Virus record (IMG/VR): IMGVR_UViG_3300035698_035275
Span: 2,843-66,842 of that record
Direction: 5' to 3' (one strand)
DNA length: 64,000 nucleotides
Source of the DNA: a virus
The translations under genes were made by a program, and so were the position numbers. Positions within the stretch are counted from its first letter, which is position 1. Each line of letters starts with the position of its first letter. Positions 56,380 to 64,000 of this stretch are shown here, piece after piece. Under the pieces are notes generated by a model. It searched no databases. It was not told the DNA's origin and saw nothing but the letters and a program-made list of their open reading frames with translations.

Positions 56380-57369
56380 ATGCGAGGGTTCGAAGTAAAA
56401 TTCGTGTCCGGCTATACAGGGTCTGGCAAGACGGCCTATACTGATAGGTTGCACCTGGATACTGGGTGGCCGGTACTGCACATAGGTGACTCGTTAAGGG
56501 AGTTTGGTATATCGTCCAAATCCATATCCGAGATGCCGGATGCGCACGCTCCCGCGTCGTTGGACAAGATGGTTAATCAAACGGTGGCTAATTTCATTGC
56601 TGAAGCGTTAGGACCTGAAGGAGGGGGCGGCGTAATAATAGATGGATTTCCACGTAAGCCGTCGCAGGTTCACGAGGCATATGAGATGGTGTGTGGGCTG
56701 GTGCGTTACGCACCAGGAGAAATACGCCTAAGATTTGTATTTGTGACGGCACCTATTGATACAAGAATATCCAGGGTGCTGAGTAGCAGGAGCGAGGCCA
56801 GAAGAGAGTTATCTGTAATGAAGATAGAATCGGAGTCTGCCGATATGGATAACTCTATAAAAGTGGCAAAGGAGATCGAGAGAGGTAAGCCAGCGTTAGC
56901 AATGAGCATTATGGTTACAGAGACGGGGATAAAAGAGATATACCCAGGAGTGATGGTGGCAGATGTACTGGTGGTTGGAGACGGGTACAGAATGCCCGTG
57001 CATGCTGGGGACGTTGGGATAGACTTAAGCTCAAACGGCAGGGTTGAAATACTCCCTGGGGAGTTCAGCAATGTAGAAACCGGGGTAAGCGTTAAGATAG
57101 ATGATAGATGCTGGGGAAGAGTGACCGGCAGATCATCGGCTGTATGGGGTAAGGGAATAATGGTGATGGAGGGAGTCATTGACCCAGGGTATACCGGTGA
57201 GCTGTTTATGCTCGTGTATAACCCTGGGAAAAAGGCGGTGGTGGTGGATAGGGGAGACAGAATAGCCCAACTAATTCTAATACCAAGGGTTGACTATAGC
57301 GTATTGAGGGTAGACAGTCTGCCAAAGACGAGTAGAGGCAATAAAGGATTCGGCTCAACCGGTAAATGA
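56380..57369 (+). CDS. Adenylate/NMP-kinase-like domain fused to trimeric dUTPase
   Basis: GYTGSGKT, IGDSLR, IDGFPR (ADK family); GIDL, GRSS, GVIDPGYTG, GDRIAQL, RGNKGFGSTG (dUTPase motifs 1-5). Confidence 0.88.
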   Translation: MRGFEVKFVSGYTGSGKTAYTDRLHLDTGWPVLHIGDSLREFGISSKSISEMPDAHAPASLDKMVNQTVANFIAEALGPEGGGGVIIDGFPRKPSQVHEAYEMVCGLVRYAPGEIRLRFVFVTAPIDTRISRVLSSRSEARRELSVMKIESESADMDNSIKVAKEIERGKPALAMSIMVTETGIKEIYPGVMVADVLVVGDGYRMPVHAGDVGIDLSSNGRVEILPGEFSNVETGVSVKIDDRCWGRVTGRSSAVWGKGIMVMEGVIDPGYTGELFMLVYNPGKKAVVVDRGDRIAQLILIPRVDYSVLRVDSLPKTSRGNKGFGSTGK

Positions 57370-57387
57370 TAATGTAGGGGCTTATAT

Positions 57388-59571
57388 ATGAATAACAGAA
57401 GCAAGTTGGTCCTGTCACCAGATAGGAAAACAGCGATATTTGGGGAGAGGTACGCCAAGAAGGGTGAAGATTCGGTGGAGTCTGTCATGCACAGAGTAGC
57501 GATGGCAGTAGCTACCAGTTATGAGAGCAACCACGGCGGCAAGCTGGAGGATACTGCCGATATAGTGGATGAGTGGGTAGGGTATATGTCGAGGTTCGAG
57601 TTTGTTCCTGGCGGTCGTATTCTGTCTAATGCAGGCGTTGACAAGAATCTGCTGAACTGCTTTGTAGTGCCGGTGGATGACAGCATAGGGGGCATATTCG
57701 ACTCGCTGAAAAGAAGCATGATGATACAAGGGGTTGGTGGTGGTGTTGGGTTCAACTTCGGCGGAATAAGGCCGAAGGGGTATCCGACATCCGGCCTTGG
57801 TGTGGCCTCTGGCCCGTGCAGCTTTATAGATGTATTTGATAAGGCCAGTGATACAATAAGCTCTACCTCTGACAGGAAAGCCGCTAATATGGGGATACTG
57901 CCAGTGTGGCACCCAGACATACGGGAGTTTATCAGATCAAAGGTAGGGAACGACGGCAATACTGGTAGATGGATAAAATTCAATATATCAGTGGCTGTGA
58001 ATAACAAGTTTATCAATGCTGTCAAGTCGGGGTCCGGATTTGACTTGATGTGGGATGGAAAGGTAGTAGACACAATCGACGCGGCGGGATTGTGGAAGGA
58101 GATGGTGGATAGTCAATGGCTGTGTGGTGACCCTGGTTTGTGGAATTATGATACAGCCAACGAAATGAATAATACCGGGTACTTCCAGGAGCTGATAGGT
58201 ACAAATCCGTGTGGTGAGATATCCCTGCCTGCTTGGGGTTCGTGCTGTCTGGGTTCAATAAATCTCAGCAAATTCGTTGTCGATGGGTCGGTTGACATAC
58301 CAGCCCTTGAGAGGGTCGCTGGTTCAGCGGTGAAATTCCTAGACTCGGTAATAACAGAAAATGAATACCTGTTTGATGAGATGGAAGCGGAGGCCAAGCT
58401 ATCCAGGAGAATAGGGCTTGGAGTGATGGGCGTAGCTCACGCGTTAATGAAGATGGGTATTAGATACGGCAGTGAGGAGGCCAGATTGGTTGTTGGGTCG
58501 ATGATGACCACAATAAGAGACGCAGCATACGAGACATCTACAATGCTGGCAACATGTATGGGGTCGTTCACTGGGTATGACGAGAAGAAATATACGTCCA
58601 AAAAGTCAGGGTATACTAAGTCGCTCCCTAACGGGGTAATGGACAAGATAAAAGCACGCGGGATAAGAAATTCAACACTGCTCACGGTTGCCCCGACTGG
58701 AACGACATCGGTTGTAGCAGGTTCATCGTCTGGTATTGAGCCTGTATACTCGTTGAAATTCGTACAGAAGAGGTTCAAGGACGGGTCGTGGCACTCTGAG
58801 AATGTAATGGACCCTATATACGAGGAGTGGCTTAATAAAAACCCCGAAGGTGCTGCCGTTCCTGACTATTTTGTGACGTCGAAGAACATACATCCGGATG
58901 ATCACCTGAAGATGCAATTGGCTGTGCAGGCGGTGGTGGATAACAGCATAAGCAAGACAATAAATATGCCAAGTCACGCGACTAGGCAGGAAGTATCAAA
59001 AGTGCTGCTGGACGCCATGACGGGCGGCGCTAAGGGCTGTACTATATACAGGGACGGCTCTTTGTCTCACCAACCCCTGAGTGACACGCCTAGTACAAGA
59101 AACAAGGGTGTAAAGATTAGGCGTGGGCTGACGTATGAAATAAGTACGCCACAGGGGAAGGCATATGTGACCATAAACGACTTTGAGCAGGGTGGTGGTC
59201 CGATGCAGGTGTTCATAAGGGCTGATAAGCCAGGGTCGGATTCCTACGCATATTGCAATGCAATGGGTAGGCTGATATCGATAGGGCTGCAAGACGGCAC
59301 CGACCCGAAGAGAATAGCAAACACTCTAATGGGTATAAACTCATCCGGTGTGACATGGGAATTTATGCCAGACAGCCAGGATAAGCCGGTCACGATAACT
59401 TCAGTGCCAGACGCGGTAGCAAAGCTTATGCTATCCTACTGTGGGGAGCCGGTAGTAATAATGGATAATGCGTCGTCGAAGGCTGTTATGTGCAGCAACT
59501 GCGGCGCTCCGATGGAAATGATAGAGGGTTGTCTAACGTGCAGGAGCTGCGGAAATGCTCTGTGCCAATAA
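57388..59571 (+). CDS. nrdJ: Adenosylcobalamin-dependent (class II) ribonucleotide reductase with TSCPD-like domain
   Basis: PGGRIL, NCFV, GGGVG, TNPCGE, RRIGLGVMG, APTGT, SKTIN, TSVPD, terminal Cys ribbon; no beta subunit gene adjacent. Confidence 0.9.
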   Translation: MNNRSKLVLSPDRKTAIFGERYAKKGEDSVESVMHRVAMAVATSYESNHGGKLEDTADIVDEWVGYMSRFEFVPGGRILSNAGVDKNLLNCFVVPVDDSIGGIFDSLKRSMMIQGVGGGVGFNFGGIRPKGYPTSGLGVASGPCSFIDVFDKASDTISSTSDRKAANMGILPVWHPDIREFIRSKVGNDGNTGRWIKFNISVAVNNKFINAVKSGSGFDLMWDGKVVDTIDAAGLWKEMVDSQWLCGDPGLWNYDTANEMNNTGYFQELIGTNPCGEISLPAWGSCCLGSINLSKFVVDGSVDIPALERVAGSAVKFLDSVITENEYLFDEMEAEAKLSRRIGLGVMGVAHALMKMGIRYGSEEARLVVGSMMTTIRDAAYETSTMLATCMGSFTGYDEKKYTSKKSGYTKSLPNGVMDKIKARGIRNSTLLTVAPTGTTSVVAGSSSGIEPVYSLKFVQKRFKDGSWHSENVMDPIYEEWLNKNPEGAAVPDYFVTSKNIHPDDHLKMQLAVQAVVDNSISKTINMPSHATRQEVSKVLLDAMTGGAKGCTIYRDGSLSHQPLSDTPSTRNKGVKIRRGLTYEISTPQGKAYVTINDFEQGGGPMQVFIRADKPGSDSYAYCNAMGRLISIGLQDGTDPKRIANTLMGINSSGVTWEFMPDSQDKPVTITSVPDAVAKLMLSYCGEPVVIMDNASSKAVMCSNCGAPMEMIEGCLTCRSCGNALCQ

Positions 59572-59580
59572 TAACGGTCG

Positions 59581-59910
59581 GTGGTAATTGTGTATATTTC
59601 TAACAGCAGGATTGTGTCTATCGTTAGTGCCATAATCACGGTTTCTGATGATGGGGGTGCAGAAATAGACGTCAGTAATTGCATTCTTGAGGTAGGTGTT
59701 TCGATGCTGGTCTTTGGGTGCTTGAGCAACTCCGTAGTGTATATTATAGAAGGTGCCTATGTCGATCATCTAGTGGAAGAGCTGCACGGTCTGAGCGACG
59801 GGGTAATAAACAGCGAGTCGGTAAGAGTGCGTAAAGCTTCGGGCGTGCTGGACATAGCCGGGTTATCAAATTCTCTAATGGCTGTTGAGGTGTTCCTTGG
59901 CATCGAATAA
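59581..59910 (+). CDS. Hypothetical protein
   Basis: ORF fills the gap between nrdJ and helicase; start uncertain. Confidence 0.4.
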   Translation: MVIVYISNSRIVSIVSAIITVSDDGGAEIDVSNCILEVGVSMLVFGCLSNSVVYIIEGAYVDHLVEELHGLSDGVINSESVRVRKASGVLDIAGLSNSLMAVEVFLGIE

Positions 59911-61213
59911 ATTAAAATTCGACTTTGACGATGAGTTTCAACTGTCGGTGGTGTCACTGCTGCTGAGAGATTATAGATTTGCTAGGAGAGCTTTATCTGT
60001 CCTAGACCCTGACTATTTCACTGACGACGACTTATCTGCTATATCCGGAGCTGCTATCGGGTATGTTAGGAAATACGGAGTATGTCCATCATCCCCTAGT
60101 GACTTTTTGCTGTACATGGCATCACTAGGGGATATGGATGGCCGTATGCCAGAATTCGAGGACTCTATTCCATTACTGTACGAGGGGCGCATGCCGTCCG
60201 GGATAGTGGTGGATACAGTGGTGGAGTGGTGTAGGAGAGTTAGGGTGGAGAGTGCGTTATCCTCTGCCATGCTGGAGATGTCGGCAAACAGTGGTGATGT
60301 TGACTACTCCTCCATTAGAGGAGGAATAATAGACGCTATAGACTCTGGTGGGATATTAGATCCAGGGGTTGACTTGTTCAAGGATGCTGAGGATATACTA
60401 AATAGGCCGAGGAAGCCTGGAGCGTGTAGGACCGGAATAAATTCTCTAGATAAAGTGCTAGGTGGTGGCCTCGGGGCAGGGGAGATGGGCCTGATTTCTG
60501 CGCCGTCCGGTCGTGGAAAGTCCACTCTCGCTATCAATTTTGCATGTGGCTCACTATATATGGGTAATGACATCTACTACTATACACTGGAAATGCCAAA
60601 GCACCAGGCCAGCATGTATTTTATACAGTGCTTAACAGGAATGACGAAGGAGGGAATATATAAGGCTGAGAATGGGAAGAACAGGGCCTTAAAGAAGCTC
60701 CTGAGAATAGCTAATACATATAAGTCAAATGCGTACATAAAGGAGTTTCAGGAGCGTAAGACTACATACGATGACATAAGAACGGACATTCTAAGGAGAA
60801 TGGACGAAACCGGCAGAGCGCCAGCTCTAATAGTCGTGGACTCCCCTTATTTATTAAAACCGGTAAGGCACAGGGCCAGAGGGGATGAGGAAATAGAAGA
60901 TAACGTTCTTGGGGTAAGGGCAATAGCTAAGGAGCTTGGAATAGCAGTGTGGGGTATGGGGCAGGGAAACCGCAGCTCTGAGGATCCGGACACCGAGACT
61001 ATGACTAATTACCACTTGGCAATGGCATATTCTCAAGCATTCGGTCTTGACGTATCATTGACTATTAATAGGACATCTGGGGAAATAGACAGAGGAGAGG
61101 CAAGGATATACATTGCTAAAAACAGAGAAGATATGTCGGCAATGTCGGTAAGGACCAAGTGCGATCTAGCCAAAAGAAGATTCACTGACATGGATGAGGG
61201 AGGGAGTGACTAG
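59897..61213 (+). CDS. DnaB-like replicative helicase
   Basis: GAGGTG RBS before TTG; TGINSLD..GG, APSGRGKST, YTLEM, VVDS, Q.NR, IAKNR. Confidence 0.88.
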   Translation: MASNKLKFDFDDEFQLSVVSLLLRDYRFARRALSVLDPDYFTDDDLSAISGAAIGYVRKYGVCPSSPSDFLLYMASLGDMDGRMPEFEDSIPLLYEGRMPSGIVVDTVVEWCRRVRVESALSSAMLEMSANSGDVDYSSIRGGIIDAIDSGGILDPGVDLFKDAEDILNRPRKPGACRTGINSLDKVLGGGLGAGEMGLISAPSGRGKSTLAINFACGSLYMGNDIYYYTLEMPKHQASMYFIQCLTGMTKEGIYKAENGKNRALKKLLRIANTYKSNAYIKEFQERKTTYDDIRTDILRRMDETGRAPALIVVDSPYLLKPVRHRARGDEEIEDNVLGVRAIAKELGIAVWGMGQGNRSSEDPDTETMTNYHLAMAYSQAFGLDVSLTINRTSGEIDRGEARIYIAKNREDMSAMSVRTKCDLAKRRFTDMDEGGSD

Positions 61214-61215
61214 AG

Positions 61216-62196
61216 ATGGCGAGGAATGACAGCAGAATAGTTAACGAGCTATCCAGGAAGCTTGGAAGACCGCAAAGCGACGCTGACGGATCTCCCCATG
61301 TGTCGGTTGGTGGTGATTACTCGTTCTGCTGTCCAATGTGCATAAGTAGAAGCAGGTCAAAGACCAGAGATACCAAATACAAGCTGATGATTAACATTGG
61401 CAAGGGGATATACCACTGTTACAGGTGCAAGGCTAGCGGTAGCTTGCACGACCTCATAGACATTAAGATTGGGATGGCTGCGTCGGCGGTGGATAGGGCG
61501 GCTGTTAGACCGCCATCCGGTATGCCGTCGCACTCCACGGAAATAGTGCGTACAGGTGATAAGTGGAAATGGCTGTCGTCACGAAGGAAGATAGGCAGAG
61601 GCATAGATCCAGTATACGACTGGGACGGCACGCCCTGGGCTAAAGGGCTGTTTATGGAGTCATTGGGTATGCCGTGGCACATAATATTAGTATTCCCGAA
61701 TTCCGATTACTGGCTGGCATACGCTACTATTAAAGAGATAGAACCAAAGACAATAAACGAAACAGGGAAGAAGATAGTATACAATCCTCGCATACTCAAG
61801 GACGTAGATGACCTATGGTTAGTGGAAGGCCCAATGGATTGTCTATCCTGCCCTAACTCGGTCGCTTCTCTCGGTAAAGAATACTGGCCTGGTTTGGGGC
61901 GAGCACTGCTGGATATTGGATTTAGTAGGTTGGTCATTTGCTTAGACGGGGGTGAGTTGGAGTCTACGGTTGAGATGGCCGTTAAGTTGTCGCGAAATGG
62001 AATAAACAGCAACAGAATATTCTACTGCCTGCTGCCGAACGGGTATGATCCTAATGACGTGGGGTCGTCCAGTGTGGAAATGGCAGAATACATGAATTCG
62101 TCGTGTGACGGGCTAATACACCCAATGCACACACTACCAATAATACGAAGAATGCCAAGAATGGCCATCCCAGAGGTGGACTATGATAAATCCTGA
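61216..62196 (+). CDS. DNA primase (Zn finger + TOPRIM)
   Basis: CPMC..HCYRC, LVEGPMD, CLDG, DPND; follows helicase. Confidence 0.82.
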   Translation: MARNDSRIVNELSRKLGRPQSDADGSPHVSVGGDYSFCCPMCISRSRSKTRDTKYKLMINIGKGIYHCYRCKASGSLHDLIDIKIGMAASAVDRAAVRPPSGMPSHSTEIVRTGDKWKWLSSRRKIGRGIDPVYDWDGTPWAKGLFMESLGMPWHIILVFPNSDYWLAYATIKEIEPKTINETGKKIVYNPRILKDVDDLWLVEGPMDCLSCPNSVASLGKEYWPGLGRALLDIGFSRLVICLDGGELESTVEMAVKLSRNGINSNRIFYCLLPNGYDPNDVGSSSVEMAEYMNSSCDGLIHPMHTLPIIRRMPRMAIPEVDYDKS

Positions 62197-62944
62197 CAAA
62201 CTGACACCCGTTGAGCATTTGGCTGCTATTGGTGTGTACCTAAAGAGAGATGACCTGTTCAAGGTGGCTGGGGTGTGTGGCGGTAAGGCCAGATCGTGTT
62301 TTAAGCTGATTGACAAATACGCTGGTGACTCGAAGGTGCTGGTCACTAAGTGCTCAAGGTTCAGCCCCCAGGGTATAATAGTGAGTGCGCTGGCGGCACG
62401 CTTAGGCAAGAAGTCCATGATATTCGTTCCGTGGTCTAAAGAGGATACAGAGGAGAATACCAGGATAATAAATAACGGTGGGCAGTTGATTAAGTGCTAC
62501 CCTGGTTATCCGTCCGTTATAGATAAGAAGATGAAGGAACTCACCCCAGACGACGCATATATTATTCCGTTTGGAATGGAATGCTCCGAGGCGGTGGAGT
62601 CCACCAGAGCGCAGACCAGGAATATTCCATTTGACAAGATAGATAGGATAGTGATTACCCTGGGATCCGGGATGTCACTTAGTGGCCTGCTGTGGGGGAT
62701 GAAGGATAAAGGCGTCCACAAAAAAGTGCTAGCGGTAATGATCGGTAAAGACACTAGGCCATCAGTAATAAAATGGTCGCCTGCCGATATGTTGGAGGAT
62801 GTGGAGTTTGTCCAGAGCGGCTACAAATACAATAGGGTAGTAAAAAGCGAAATCGGCTCGGTAGCGCTGGATCCTCATTACGAGGCAAAGGCCGCAGAAC
62901 TCGTGCAACCGGGAGACTTATTCTGGATAGTAGGCAAAAGATAG
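62183..62944 (+). CDS. PLP-dependent enzyme (fold type II, ACC deaminase/cysteine synthase-like)
   Basis: LTPVE..LKRDDL..GGKAR (PLP lysine), SPQ, GSGMS phosphate loop, LDPHYEAK. Confidence 0.85.
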   Translation: MINPDKLTPVEHLAAIGVYLKRDDLFKVAGVCGGKARSCFKLIDKYAGDSKVLVTKCSRFSPQGIIVSALAARLGKKSMIFVPWSKEDTEENTRIINNGGQLIKCYPGYPSVIDKKMKELTPDDAYIIPFGMECSEAVESTRAQTRNIPFDKIDRIVITLGSGMSLSGLLWGMKDKGVHKKVLAVMIGKDTRPSVIKWSPADMLEDVEFVQSGYKYNRVVKSEIGSVALDPHYEAKAAELVQPGDLFWIVGKR

Positions 62945-62953
62945 GCGTATAAA

Positions 62954-64000
62954 ATGGACCACAAGTCATTATTGGAGAGATTTGCACAGGAAGCAATCGA
63001 TGCTGGTATTACTGACAAGTCGGAAGCGTCGAAATTCATAAGGGTGGCCCTAATAAAAGAAATGGGGGTTCTGCCGTCCAGCATGATGGGAATGGACAGG
63101 TCACTGGATATACGGGGTAATGGCGTCAAGGCTGGCCGTAATCTGTTAGCGTACACTGAGGATGCCCCTACTGATATGTACGCTAACCAGAAAAAAGCCG
63201 GTAGGCTGTCCGTGTTCGAGGGCAGGCTAGCCGACCTTTGCATCAAGATGTGGTCGGATGCTGGTGATATAGTGCTGGACCCCTTCTCCGGAAGAGTGAC
63301 CAGGCTGGCATTCTCGGTCGAGAATGGTAGGAAGTACATTGGATTTGACACATCGCCCGAGGCGTGCAAGTACAATAATGATTGGTTGGCTGGCACCGAG
63401 TACGGGGACGATGCACTGATAGTGAACGAGTCATTGATAACGTTCGACGGGCTTAATGGCGAGTCGGCTGATATGGTTTTTACCTGCCCCCCGTACTGGA
63501 ACAGCGAGTTTTACGGAGATAACGGTAATGGCATAGAAGGAACGGAATCATACGGGGACTTCATAGAGGAAATAGCTGCCATATTCTGTAAGGCGTACGC
63601 GGCGCTAAAGCCGGATTGCTACTTCGTGGTGGTTGTTAAGGACTTCTACCTGCATAGGCAGATGGTGAGTCTCCACTCTGACATAATAAGGGTAATGAGT
63701 GCTATCGGTGCCGTCACGTGGGATGTAATCGCTAAGATGGCATCTAATACCAGGATTATGTTCCACAGGGACATAGCAGCTAACAGAAGGACAGCTCAAA
63801 CCCACGAATACGTATTGGTGTTCAGGAAATCAGCTCATAAGAAGAACAGGGACCAGTATAGGAATAACTGTTATAATAAGAACACCAAGAGGAAGGAAGA
63901 GGATGAAGGTCTGGCCCGTGCCAGGGCAAAAATCCTAAGCGATGCCGGAGTAGATGTTAGTTCCATATTGCCGATATTGAAATATGATAAGGTTAAATAG
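62954..64000 (+). CDS. SAM-dependent DNA amino-methyltransferase-like protein
   Basis: VLDPFSG (SAM binding) precedes FTCPPYW (catalytic-type motif); LKP..YF; HEYVLVFRK. Confidence 0.8.
   Translation: MDHKSLLERFAQEAIDAGITDKSEASKFIRVALIKEMGVLPSSMMGMDRSLDIRGNGVKAGRNLLAYTEDAPTDMYANQKKAGRLSVFEGRLADLCIKMWSDAGDIVLDPFSGRVTRLAFSVENGRKYIGFDTSPEACKYNNDWLAGTEYGDDALIVNESLITFDGLNGESADMVFTCPPYWNSEFYGDNGNGIEGTESYGDFIEEIAAIFCKAYAALKPDCYFVVVVKDFYLHRQMVSLHSDIIRVMSAIGAVTWDVIAKMASNTRIMFHRDIAANRRTAQTHEYVLVFRKSAHKKNRDQYRNNCYNKNTKRKEEDEGLARARAKILSDAGVDVSSILPILKYDKVK

Noticed and set aside
1-64000. Stop-codon reassignment suggested by frequent TAG trinucleotides
   Set aside because: Genes are full length and tightly packed under the standard code, and TAG ends several of them (e.g. 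capsid)
1-64000. Numerous minus-strand ORFs opposite the + strand genes
   Set aside because: Ser/Leu/Ile-rich antisense shadows without motifs; only the SNF2 and dcd genes are credible on the minus strand
1-64000. Archaeal host suggested by ATA/AGG codon usage
   Set aside because: Sigma70-type promoter, family A polymerase, RecA, DnaB and bacterial-type Dcd point to a bacterial host
1-64000. tRNA genes, integrase, introns or inteins
   Set aside because: Intergenic gaps are short with no cloverleaf seen; no recombinase motif; polymerase, RNR and helicase are uninterrupted and of normal length

Overview
A 64-kb slice of a large, apparently lytic dsDNA myophage (contractile tail). It starts inside a PBSX-type portal gene and ends at the stop codon of a methyltransferase-like gene. 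1-39.6 kb (+ strand) is a complete head/neck/tail/baseplate/fibre module. It includes a MuF head protein with a C-terminal ADP-ribosyltransferase-like toxin domain, an XkdF-type protease, an XkdG/HK97-fold capsid, a GT2-GT4 double glycosyltransferase inside the capsid operon, and a tail chaperone with a well-phased -1 slippery site. 39.7-41.7 kb (- strand) holds a SNF2 helicase and dCTP deaminase. 42-64 kb (+) holds small early ORFs, then recombination, replication and nucleotide metabolism genes: RecA, SbcCD, RuvC-like, UDG-fused family A polymerase, UvsY-like, SSB, class II RNR, DnaB and primase. The main result is a non-standard DNA-chemistry module. A PurZ-type synthetase (2-aminoadenine, Z genome) is followed 1 nt later by an adenylate-kinase/dUTPase fusion. 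No DatZ or MazZ is recognisable in the window, but there is an NDT-like nucleotide hydrolase, plus a PLP enzyme/methyltransferase-like pair suggesting a second base modification. All calls come from motif reading by eye; no database searches or folding calculations were run.
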